A stretch of DNA of 64,000 nt from an uncultured Candidatus Saccharibacteria bacterium (GTDB taxonomy: Bacteria > Patescibacteriota > Minisyncoccia > Phycocordibacterales > UBA918). The position numbers and the translations under genes are program-made. Positions 18,365 through 26,755 of this stretch are shown here, piece after piece; positions within the stretch are counted from its first letter, which is position 1; every line of letters starts with the position of its first letter. The notes beneath the pieces were generated by a model. The model had not been told where the DNA came from and made no database searches. It worked only from the letters and a program-made list of their open reading frames with translations. Location of the stretch: assembly GCA_964469295.1 (NCBI GenBank), contig CAYXYJ010000001.1:34334-98333 (forward strand). The letters run 5' to 3'.

Positions 18365-18468
18365 AGGAACCGATATGGTACATCAATCAAAGTGAAAATA
18401 AATATATCCTGCAATGAAGATATTCAACTTAGAATACTGAATCAATCGACGATAAATAATAGTAAAAT

Positions 18469-19593
18469 TTATCCAGTCCAGTTAAAAAGCAAAATTGAAA
18501 AATCTTCCAACCCAACTTTTCCATTACCATTTATATCTGCCGGCGGATTAGAATCCCCACCATTTGTTTGCCACCAAAATATTAAAATTGAAAAGTCGGT
18601 CAGGTTAATTTTTCCGTCACGACTTAAATCGCTTGGAGTAGCCGGCGCTCCATCCACACCGACAAACAGTTGCACAATCGAACTATACCCACTTTGCGTT
18701 AACAACGGCGCCGTTCCGGTCACTGATCGAGCTTTTAACGCATACTGGGCGTTAGCTAATCCTGTTGTATTAAGGGTGTAAGAAAATTTTCCACTCGCGT
18801 CACTGGTTGCTCGTTCTATCCTCGCACTACTACCAATTTGTAATTCAATTTGTGCATTCGGGATACCTTGACCGGCGATAGTCACCGGGCTTCCCGCTGC
18901 AATTTTTGCTGGTGTTACTGCTATCGTCGGCGGCAAAATCAGGCCAGACAAATTTGTGATGGCCCCTTGTGTAACGTCAAACGTATTATTTAAGGTAATT
19001 GATCGACGCCCCGCTGAATCGTTTGCCCACACTCCTAATGTTGCCGTTCCCGGCGAAACTTCCGTGGCAAATTCAAAACGACCGTTACTTCCCGCCCGGA
19101 CAGAGCCGACTGAACGCGAATCGATTAGAAAGTTAATTTGTTGACCAGGGTATCCCAATCCAGTTACACTAACTGATGTATCACCTAAATCTTTAGTGCT
19201 TCCACCGCGCCCACCACTTCCACCGCCACTACTTCCACCACCACCAGAACCAGCTGGTTCGACAGTACAGGTGGCCGAACAAAAGTCACCACTATCATTA
19301 TTAGTATCATCGCACTCTTCTCCATAAAGAGTTTGCAAAATACCATCTCCGCAATAGGGTCCAAAATCGCAGGTAGCTGTACATTGTCGGCCAGCAATGG
19401 TTGTACTGTAGAGACCCGTTTCTCCTAATACATCACATTCTTCGCCAGCATCAACCAATTCATTACCACAAATACTTAAATTAATGACCGTATCAATATT
19501 CTGAGTTGATGTGGCAATCAATTGAGCATTCACGGTTGTAGCTGACAAAGCGAGCGCGAGTAATGCACTTATGGTCAGCAAATACACACGCAT
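18469..19593 (-). CDS. secreted protein with Myxococcus-type cysteine-rich repeats, Gly/Ser linker, Ig-like region and C-terminal dockerin
   Basis: 374 aa with a signal peptide. The Cys-rich repeats are CGNELVDAGEECD... and CGDGILQTLYGEECDDTNNDSGDFCSATC. A linker GSGGGGSSGGGSGGRGGS follows. The C-terminal dockerin is SDLSRDGKINLTDFSILIFWW...DINGNGKVGLEDFSILLFNWTG. Confidence 0.6.
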   Translation of the reverse strand: MRVYLLTISALLALALSATTVNAQLIATSTQNIDTVINLSICGNELVDAGEECDVLGETGLYSTTIAGRQCTATCDFGPYCGDGILQTLYGEECDDTNNDSGDFCSATCTVEPAGSGGGGSSGGGSGGRGGSTKDLGDTSVSVTGLGYPGQQINFLIDSRSVGSVRAGSNGRFEFATEVSPGTATLGVWANDSAGRRSITLNNTFDVTQGAITNLSGLILPPTIAVTPAKIAAGSPVTIAGQGIPNAQIELQIGSSARIERATSDASGKFSYTLNTTGLANAQYALKARSVTGTAPLLTQSGYSSIVQLFVGVDGAPATPSDLSRDGKINLTDFSILIFWWQTNGGDSNPPADINGNGKVGLEDFSILLFNWTG

Positions 19594-19594
19594 A

Positions 19595-20551
19595 TTATTT
19601 TTGTCTTGACCGTCGAGAACGACGATTATGAATAATAAAGAGCGTTGTTACGATTAATGCAAACACTGGCAGTGTTACAGAAATTTTATGGGCCAAAGAT
19701 AAACCAATAAACCCAAAACCAGCCGTTTGTAATGTGCCATACGGCAAGATACTAAGATTTAATTCACCTTCTTGTTTTACATCTTCACCATTATAGATTA
19801 CATAGCGAGCAATATAGCTACCGCTAGGTAAATTAGTAGGAATTTCCGCTACCACTTCTTCAGTTGCATATGGAGCAATCTTTTTGATACGGCCGAGGTG
19901 ACTGGTATCTTGTAACAAAACAGCACCAGAACGGTCATAAATTTTAAACTGTACGCGTGAAGGCGCAATATCAACGTTACCAGTATTTTCTAATAACATT
20001 GAGAACTGAATTTTTCCTGGGAAGTATAGCCAACCAAATTTATGCCCTTCATTTAAATCACTTACTGTAATTTTACGAACACGAAAATCCTCAATCACTT
20101 TATCAATAACAGACAAATCAATATCAACTTGTGCTCCTAAAGAAATACTAACCACACCTTCAGACACCTGATCGTTTGCCGGCATAGTTCTGATACGAAT
20201 TTTGCCACTGTAATCACCGAATTCAGCGTCACTCGGCACTTTTACTCGTACCGTCATTGGCACCTTCTGTTCACCACGTGGCATTGGAATAGATGTTCCT
20301 TCCACAATTTCAATCCAATCCAAAATCTCAGGAGCATCAACTACCACTTCAGCAGCCAATGCTTCATTTGGGTCACCACGTACTAAAAGAATTTGCTGTT
20401 CGTAAACACTGTTACGAGTCAAACTCGTATTACGCACATACGGCGGTGTAATACCAAAACTAGCAAATGACGTAGCGGGAAAAAGTATTAGTGTAACAAG
20501 CACCAAAAAAAACAATGAACGTATATAACGGGCTCTAAAACGTATCAACAT
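19595..20551 (-). CDS. B-family paralog B3 (DUF916-like surface protein with C-terminal TM anchor)
   Basis: 318 aa. Signal peptide LFFLVLVTLILFPATSFASFG. Two beta domains are followed by C-terminal TM TLPVFALIVTTLFIIH and tail NRRSRRSRQK. Its stop is 2 nt from the next gene's start. Confidence 0.55.
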   Translation of the reverse strand: MLIRFRARYIRSLFFLVLVTLILFPATSFASFGITPPYVRNTSLTRNSVYEQQILLVRGDPNEALAAEVVVDAPEILDWIEIVEGTSIPMPRGEQKVPMTVRVKVPSDAEFGDYSGKIRIRTMPANDQVSEGVVSISLGAQVDIDLSVIDKVIEDFRVRKITVSDLNEGHKFGWLYFPGKIQFSMLLENTGNVDIAPSRVQFKIYDRSGAVLLQDTSHLGRIKKIAPYATEEVVAEIPTNLPSGSYIARYVIYNGEDVKQEGELNLSILPYGTLQTAGFGFIGLSLAHKISVTLPVFALIVTTLFIIHNRRSRRSRQK

Positions 20552-20580
20552 GCGTTCCCACTATTATCGAAAATAAATGT

Positions 20581-20620
20581 CTAAAAAGCAATAACCACTG
20601 TTAGGATAACAGTGGTTAAC
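20581..20620 (-). terminator. rho-independent terminator downstream of the 624-aa gene
   Basis: Minus-strand RNA reads UUAACCACUGUUA-ucc-UAACAGUGGUUA followed by UUGCUUUUU. That is a 12-bp perfect stem (20592..20603 / 20607..20618) plus a U-tract. Confidence 0.6.
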
Positions 20621-20690
20621 TTGCTTTTCAATTTAATTTTATTCTACCTGTACCCTCATTAAATCATGCAGTATCTTTATGAAGTTTGAT

Positions 20691-22565
20691 TTACCAGTTG
20701 GCAGGTGCAGAAATCGCTCCCGTGAAGGTGTTGCGTCCAGTATATGAACCAGCAAGGCTAATGGTTCCTGGAACAGCAATACCCCAATATGTTACACCCG
20801 ATGTTGGTGTGGTTGTACTTGTTGGTTTAAGAATGCGAATGTCCAAAGTTGCTGGTGTTGAGGTAGGCTGTAATTGTGTCCCCGAAGCAAAGGCTACTGC
20901 TGATGTAGCATATCGCTGTTGATCTTGTGGAATAGTTGATGAAGCAGAAACTGGACATGGATTAAGTGGCGAGTATGTTGTACACATTGAGTCGCCTCCC
21001 AGTAATTGATTAAGCCCAGTGTTACCAACAGCGCGCATGGTTGTGGTTGCGGTTAGGTTGTTCATTTGGTTACCCGGCTCAAGTTGGTCGTACGCAATTA
21101 ACTGAGTCACTAAATCAATTGCTACTAATGACAATAGTTCGACAGGACTGGTAGAAGTTGACATCGAACCAGTAGCGTTATTATTATCAACTCCAGCAAT
21201 ACCAGCTACCCAATGTTGCGCACTAAACGGTGTACCCGAAACTGTTGGATCAGCGATAAACCATAATGGGAAAGTACAGTTATAAATGATTGTGTCATCA
21301 GTAGCACCAGTACAAGACGTTGTTGACGCCGTACATGAAAGGTTCCAGTTAGAAGCTCCAACACCGCTTGGGTAACAGTTGTTGGCGTTATAACTACCAG
21401 CAGTACCATTACATGTTGAGGTACCAATATTACTTCGAAATACTGAAGCAACGTACCCAGTGATTTCATCAGCCGCTCCTCCACCAACCGCATCACAACT
21501 GTTAGCATCAGCAACAGTAAACTGCAATGAGAAACCGGTTGTTTGTCCGGCAGGGGTAGTTAAAATAATATCATTACCACCGTTAAGACTAATGGTACCT
21601 CCAGCCACTGTTGGCGCTACATTACTAACAGTAAACGTAACATTTCCACCTTGCGCACCACCAGTTGCTTCATGACCATGTTGGTCGTATAAATACGCAT
21701 AGGCATTATAAGTGGTGTCTTGCACAATTGCCGGTAACGTATAGGTAGCCGAAGCATTAGCGAGCACACCAATAGTCGTGGTAGCCAAAACATCAAGTGG
21801 GTTACAAGTATTGGTGGTTGTACTGTATGTAGGGTTACTACAGACGACTAAGAAAATATTGTCTTCAGCATCAACAACGTCAGGGTCAGTAGAGGTTGAT
21901 CCAAAGACCAGGATACCTCCTGGATTTACTGGACCATTGTTGCCAAACGTTGTAAATACTGGTCGACGGTTAACGTTAAATGGTGACGTGTTAGTTGCTG
22001 CTGTTCCTTGTGAATAAGACGTACTGCAGCGTGGGTTTACTGGATCATCGTCACACACCCAAGCATACCAAGCATTTGATTCGGCAAATGGAGCTACTTC
22101 AGTCGTGGTGGTCGCCGCTCTTGCTTGTGTACCACTGATGGTACTGGTTGACACGGCATACCGTGTACCAGCACTACAGATTGGCGCTGCCGTTCCAAGC
22201 GTTGAAGTGGACATTTGCGCCGTTGGTGTCGCTGAAGTGCTGCAGATAATAAGAAAGTAAGGCGCGCCGTTAGCATCAGTGGCGGTTCCTACCCAAGAAA
22301 TCGTATCACCAGAATTTGTCGGTGTGGACGTTGACGATTCATATTGTTCACGCCCCTCTTGACCGACCACCCATACTGGCGGGGTGTTCAATACTGTCAA
22401 TGTGGTGGTAGCAGTACTGGTCGCTTCGGCTTTTTGCAATTCAGTTTTACCGATGTTAAAGATAAAGATAAAGGCAAAAATTAATACCCCTGTTAAAGCT
22501 GTTAATATGGTAATTTTTCCCGCTTGTTTCATGTAGTGCGGGGCTACGTATTTGTTGTACAACAT
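20691..22565 (-). CDS. Thr/Ser/Cys-rich membrane-anchored surface protein
   Basis: 624 aa. N-terminal anchor ITILTALTGVLIFAFIFIF. The rest is very T/S/A/N-rich with many Cys and no recognisable catalytic motif. It is not a type IV pilin (no G-FTLIE). Confidence 0.45.
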   Translation of the reverse strand: MLYNKYVAPHYMKQAGKITILTALTGVLIFAFIFIFNIGKTELQKAEATSTATTTLTVLNTPPVWVVGQEGREQYESSTSTPTNSGDTISWVGTATDANGAPYFLIICSTSATPTAQMSTSTLGTAAPICSAGTRYAVSTSTISGTQARAATTTTEVAPFAESNAWYAWVCDDDPVNPRCSTSYSQGTAATNTSPFNVNRRPVFTTFGNNGPVNPGGILVFGSTSTDPDVVDAEDNIFLVVCSNPTYSTTTNTCNPLDVLATTTIGVLANASATYTLPAIVQDTTYNAYAYLYDQHGHEATGGAQGGNVTFTVSNVAPTVAGGTISLNGGNDIILTTPAGQTTGFSLQFTVADANSCDAVGGGAADEITGYVASVFRSNIGTSTCNGTAGSYNANNCYPSGVGASNWNLSCTASTTSCTGATDDTIIYNCTFPLWFIADPTVSGTPFSAQHWVAGIAGVDNNNATGSMSTSTSPVELLSLVAIDLVTQLIAYDQLEPGNQMNNLTATTTMRAVGNTGLNQLLGGDSMCTTYSPLNPCPVSASSTIPQDQQRYATSAVAFASGTQLQPTSTPATLDIRILKPTSTTTPTSGVTYWGIAVPGTISLAGSYTGRNTFTGAISAPANW

Positions 22566-22575
22566 AACTACTTAC

Positions 22576-22621
22576 TTGTATATTGTATCGGAATATACAC
22601 CAGTTATGCACCAGTTATGCA
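22576..22621 (-). promoter_or_regulatory. operator-like inverted repeat TGTATATT-N7-AATATACA plus tandem 11-mer (ccagttatgca x2) just upstream of the 624-aa gene start
   Basis: Seen directly in the sequence: inverted repeat at 22576..22598 and tandem repeat at 22599..22620. It lies 10-55 nt upstream of the start codon at 22565. Confidence 0.35.
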
Positions 22622-22641
22622 CAACTTTTATTCTTTCATTA

Positions 22642-23856
22642 TTATTCGTAGCGAATGGCGTCAAGTGGATTTAGTGATGACGCTCGACGCGCTGGAAAAA
22701 TACCTGTGAGATAGCCAACCGCGGCCGAAAACACCGCAATAAAAACCAAAAAACCAACCGGAAAAGAAAACAATTGTACTGCCTGTCCACCAAACTGCCC
22801 AGCTACAATATTTAGAAAAATATTAACGGTGAGTCCTAATCCGACACCCATTACAATACCGCTAATACCACCCAAAAACCCTACCACGACCGATTCAGAC
22901 ACGAATAAATATTTTACATCGTTTGGTGACGCGCCAATAGTACGCATGATGCCGATTTCTTTGGTGCGTTCAAGGAGTGTCACTGTCATAGTGTTAAACA
23001 TGCCAATAGCTGATACCACGAGTGCAATCCCACCAAACGTCGCGAGGACAATTTGAATACCTTGAAAGATTTTAGAAGCTTGTTCAACTGTTTTTGACAA
23101 AGCAGTCACACGATACCCTTCTTCAATAAGTTGCTTTTCGACGATTGGTAGATTTTCATTTGTATCAACCCGCACCTGAATACGTTCATATTCGTCAATG
23201 CCAACGTAGTTACGTAACTCCGGCAACATCATCATTGCATTAAGTAACCCCTCTTCTTTGGTAATCCCTCGTACCGTGTATTCTTTGTCAATAACGATTT
23301 CTGTATTGGCAGCAGTACCGTCATTGGCGGGAATCAGGATACGAAACGTGACTTTTTGTCCAACAAATTCTTTTGGATCATCTACACCGAATAATTTAAG
23401 TACCGCCGGCGATAACATCACACTGCTGGTATCTCCAGCATCTTCGTCATCAAACACTTCGCCAGCATTGGCAGATACTCCAGCATATCGCAAATACGGT
23501 GGTTCTACTCCTTGAATAAACACGTTCCCGGTGAGACCTTTATAGGTAACCAGCGCCGGGAACCGAGCCAGTGGTGCAGCATCAAGCACTTCAGGTAGCT
23601 CTTCAAAATTCGCTACAGTGTCATTTGTTAATTTGAGATTTTGTGCGCCCGTGGCTGACACACCAAGGGATAAAAGGGTTTCTCCAAATACAATCTGTTC
23701 AAGAATAATTTGTTGTAAACCAAACCCTAGCCCCACCAATACCACGACCGCTCCAGTACCGACACCCATACCTAAAATGGTCAACCACGTTCGCAAAGGA
23801 TTGGTTTTGAACATACGTGTCGAGAGTTGGGCAAGATCTTGAAGCCGCATAGACAA
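22642..23856 (-). CDS. ABC transporter permease, FtsX/MacB-LolCE family
   Basis: 404 aa. N-terminal TM (TWLTILGMGVGTGAVVVLVGLGFG), a large extracytoplasmic domain, and three C-terminal TMs with a conserved FtsX-type tail (LERTKEIGIMRTIGASPNDV...GIFPARRASSLNPLDAIRYE). Confidence 0.8.
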   Translation of the reverse strand: MSMRLQDLAQLSTRMFKTNPLRTWLTILGMGVGTGAVVVLVGLGFGLQQIILEQIVFGETLLSLGVSATGAQNLKLTNDTVANFEELPEVLDAAPLARFPALVTYKGLTGNVFIQGVEPPYLRYAGVSANAGEVFDDEDAGDTSSVMLSPAVLKLFGVDDPKEFVGQKVTFRILIPANDGTAANTEIVIDKEYTVRGITKEEGLLNAMMMLPELRNYVGIDEYERIQVRVDTNENLPIVEKQLIEEGYRVTALSKTVEQASKIFQGIQIVLATFGGIALVVSAIGMFNTMTVTLLERTKEIGIMRTIGASPNDVKYLFVSESVVVGFLGGISGIVMGVGLGLTVNIFLNIVAGQFGGQAVQLFSFPVGFLVFIAVFSAAVGYLTGIFPARRASSLNPLDAIRYE

Positions 23857-23882
23857 TTACATTATGACACACTGGTTGCGCA

Positions 23883-25205
23883 TTAATTTTTGTAACTCAC
23901 ATCTACTCCTTGGGCAATGAGTTTTTCAAAGTACCGAGTAATATCGTCAGCTTCTTTTTCAGACAAGGCTAATCCATGAGTCCGCACCCCTTGCATAAGT
24001 CGAGCATTAAAATCAACTTCTTCAGCCACACCAGTCACTCGGTCAGCAATCAATTCAACCAAATTTGCATTTTGGTCTTTTGATAATTTCATATTCCACG
24101 TATGGAGCAAATGGTCACGCAATCGTTCAGCAAGTGTATGCTGACTGAAAAATACCCCGGCGTTGTCTTTTTTTGCTCGAAACCGCCGAATATCATCAGC
24201 TTGGTGAATCATCTTTTCACTACGTTTCGCCATTTCTTTGGCAACTTTCTCTTCTATTTGTACTCCCCCTCTCTCTAGTGGCAACACGAGTGATTTGATA
24301 AAAGCATCCCGATCAATTTTTCCTTTTATAAAAAAGCCAATGGCACGCTCGAGGCGTTGTAATTGATCAAACGTGTAATCTTGAGTTAAATAGTTGACCA
24401 TGCTTTTGATACGTAACGTATCAACCGAATCATAGGGAAATAAACGAGCTAATTGTTCTAACTCAGTCACAATTGTTTCACCTTCACGCACTGGTTTGAT
24501 TTGTTTTCGTTGTGGATTAACGACTTCACGGACAATAAAGCCATCCTTGAGGTAATACACTCGGTGAGCGTACGACAAGTGAGCCGCGTTGTGCGATACC
24601 ATAATAATGGTCCGTCGATCAAACGTATTAATTTCGTCAATTTTGTCCATTACTTGTTGTGTCGAAATAGAATCAAGGTTACCGGTTGGTTCATCCGCAA
24701 GTAAAATTTTTGGATCATTCACCATACTTCTTGCTACCGATACACGCTGCTGTTGACCGCCAGACAACATTGAAGGAATTTTATGTGACACATGCCCTAC
24801 CCCAAATCGATCAAGCAGTGACTGGGCGCGACGATTACGGGCTTGTTTGTCAGCGTTACAAAAAATCATTGGGAGTGCTACATTATCAAGCACCGAAAGA
24901 GACCCAATGAGGTTAAAGGATTGAAAAATAATCCCCATTACATACCGCTGAAAATATACTCGTTCTGATGGCGGATACGAATAAATATCGTCACCGCGAA
25001 TGAGGAGGGTTCCATCGCCAGGAGGTAACGAACCTTGAATGGAATACATGAGGGTTGATTTACCCGAACCAGAAGCACCGAACAAAATAATATATTCGCC
25101 TTCGTAAATGTCGGTATTTACATTTTGGAGCGCTCGAAACTCGTTGCTTTTACCTTTGTTATATATTATCGAAAGATCCCGACAAACGATGAGCGGTTTT
25201 GCCAT
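23883..25205 (-). CDS. ABC transporter ATP-binding protein (MacB/LolD-type NBD) with ~210-aa C-terminal extension of unknown function
   Basis: Walker A GASGSGKST, signature LSGGQQQRVSVARS, Walker B ILLADEPTGNLD and H-loop MVSHN. An additional 210 aa follow the NBD, which is unusual. Confidence 0.8.
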   Translation of the reverse strand: MAKPLIVCRDLSIIYNKGKSNEFRALQNVNTDIYEGEYIILFGASGSGKSTLMYSIQGSLPPGDGTLLIRGDDIYSYPPSERVYFQRYVMGIIFQSFNLIGSLSVLDNVALPMIFCNADKQARNRRAQSLLDRFGVGHVSHKIPSMLSGGQQQRVSVARSMVNDPKILLADEPTGNLDSISTQQVMDKIDEINTFDRRTIIMVSHNAAHLSYAHRVYYLKDGFIVREVVNPQRKQIKPVREGETIVTELEQLARLFPYDSVDTLRIKSMVNYLTQDYTFDQLQRLERAIGFFIKGKIDRDAFIKSLVLPLERGGVQIEEKVAKEMAKRSEKMIHQADDIRRFRAKKDNAGVFFSQHTLAERLRDHLLHTWNMKLSKDQNANLVELIADRVTGVAEEVDFNARLMQGVRTHGLALSEKEADDITRYFEKLIAQGVDVSYKN

Positions 25206-25268
25206 ACGTGTGTATTATGACATACGGTAAGTAACATAAAGGTCTTTTGTATCCCCATTTATCAAGTT

Positions 25269-26750
25269 CTAGTTAGTTATATTCTTAACCCAACCAAAAG
25301 TCGACTCGAAGTTTTCGAGAATCAAATCAATAATATTTTTCTCTTGTATGGGCGTAAACAAGACAAAATTTTCTGATTGAATAGCATTTCCAGCCTCATC
25401 AGTGCAATTTAACCAAAATTGGTACACTGTCGCCGGGGCAAAATCAACGATTACTTCGACGTGATTGGTTTTATATTCAGTCACTTCTTTTTCCAATACC
25501 ACCGGATCAACGCCCGCAGCCACTCCTTCACGATACGTCATAATGCACGAAGCCGGTTCATCGGTATTCCACTCCACGATCGTTTGAATTCTGGATTCAC
25601 CGCCTGGGAAAATTGTTGATTCGTTTGTAACATTTGAAATAATTGGCGCGGCGGTGTCACGGACAGTAATAAATTGAATTGGTTGACTGCGAACCCGATC
25701 ACCACCAGAATTTTCGGCAATCACAAACGCTACATAGCGAGTACCAAGCGTGAGATCAGACAAACGCATTTGGTGTGTCGTGGCTAATGTTGGTCGCCCA
25801 ACGGAATTTTGGGTACCGGTCGTCAGATCTTGAAACTCAATCAGAGCCTTGGCCGGAACAGTAGTTTCCCAGGCCAAAGTAGCCGCATTCTCTTCTACTT
25901 TTACAATACGTAAGTTACGAATATCTGGTAGTGCCGCTTTGGTCTTAAAGGTATAGGTACGACTCTCGCCAGTGATTTGGTATTCATCAGTGGAACGAAC
26001 TTGAAAACTATAGTCAGTATATGGTTCGAGTCCAATCAAGCGCACTTCATGATCGGTCGTTGCACCATTGGTTGACGCCTGAGAAAATTCAAATGTTGAT
26101 CCGTCAAAACCATTGGTTTTAGCAAAGCGCACTTCAGAATCCGCCGAACGATCAGTTACCCAGGTGACGAGGGCCGTTGTAGTTTCAGGTACAACCGTCG
26201 GTGGTCCAATGATGGTTAAATCTTCGGTAATACCTTGAATGGCCTTAACAACTTCATTGAGAATTTCTTGTAATTGTTGTGGGTCTTGGATTTCTTGAAT
26301 TTGTTCAATAATTTCCTCAGGGGTTTTGGGCACTTCGCCTGGACCGACACCGGTACCATCATCAGCCGAATCACTTTCCGTTTCAATGCGATAATCAGCG
26401 GAAATCCCTTGGTTCCCTTCTTCATCAGCAGAAATCACTCGAAAATAATAGGTTTTCCCTGGCTCCAAATTATCCAGTGTGACTGAATGAGTGGTCCGGT
26501 CAGCCACCGGTACTCGCACCATACCGTAATTTGGCTGCAAACTATAATTTACGGCTGAATCAGCTTTTTCGTTGGTCTGCCACGTGATAGTAGTCGAGGT
26601 ATCAGTGGAAGAAGCGATTTGCACATTGCTAATCTCTGGCGCCGTCGTGTCGTCTGATTGCGCGAGCACCAAGAAATGACTTGGATACACCATTGTAACC
26701 ATTAGCATCACACCGATAAACCTCTTTAACATACTTGATACAGTATACAT
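25269..26750 (-). CDS. secreted protein with three fibronectin-III-like domains
   Basis: 493 aa with a signal peptide. FN3 patterns are present (TAPEISNVQIASSTDTSTTITWQTNEKADSAVNYSL...GKTYYFRVISADEEGNQG; ...YSFQVRSTDEY; ...RYVAFVIAENSGGD). It ends 5 nt after the giant gene's stop. Confidence 0.6.
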   Translation of the reverse strand: MYTVSSMLKRFIGVMLMVTMVYPSHFLVLAQSDDTTAPEISNVQIASSTDTSTTITWQTNEKADSAVNYSLQPNYGMVRVPVADRTTHSVTLDNLEPGKTYYFRVISADEEGNQGISADYRIETESDSADDGTGVGPGEVPKTPEEIIEQIQEIQDPQQLQEILNEVVKAIQGITEDLTIIGPPTVVPETTTALVTWVTDRSADSEVRFAKTNGFDGSTFEFSQASTNGATTDHEVRLIGLEPYTDYSFQVRSTDEYQITGESRTYTFKTKAALPDIRNLRIVKVEENAATLAWETTVPAKALIEFQDLTTGTQNSVGRPTLATTHQMRLSDLTLGTRYVAFVIAENSGGDRVRSQPIQFITVRDTAAPIISNVTNESTIFPGGESRIQTIVEWNTDEPASCIMTYREGVAAGVDPVVLEKEVTEYKTNHVEVIVDFAPATVYQFWLNCTDEAGNAIQSENFVLFTPIQEKNIIDLILENFESTFGWVKNITN

Positions 26751-26755
26751 GACAG

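Noticed and set aside
16819-22565. Type IV pilin identity for the N-termini of A1/A2 or the 624-aa protein (e.g. MKQAGKITILTALTGVLIFAFIF)
   Set aside because: No G|F-T-L-I-E prepilin peptidase motif and no Glu at +5. These are ordinary signal anchors.
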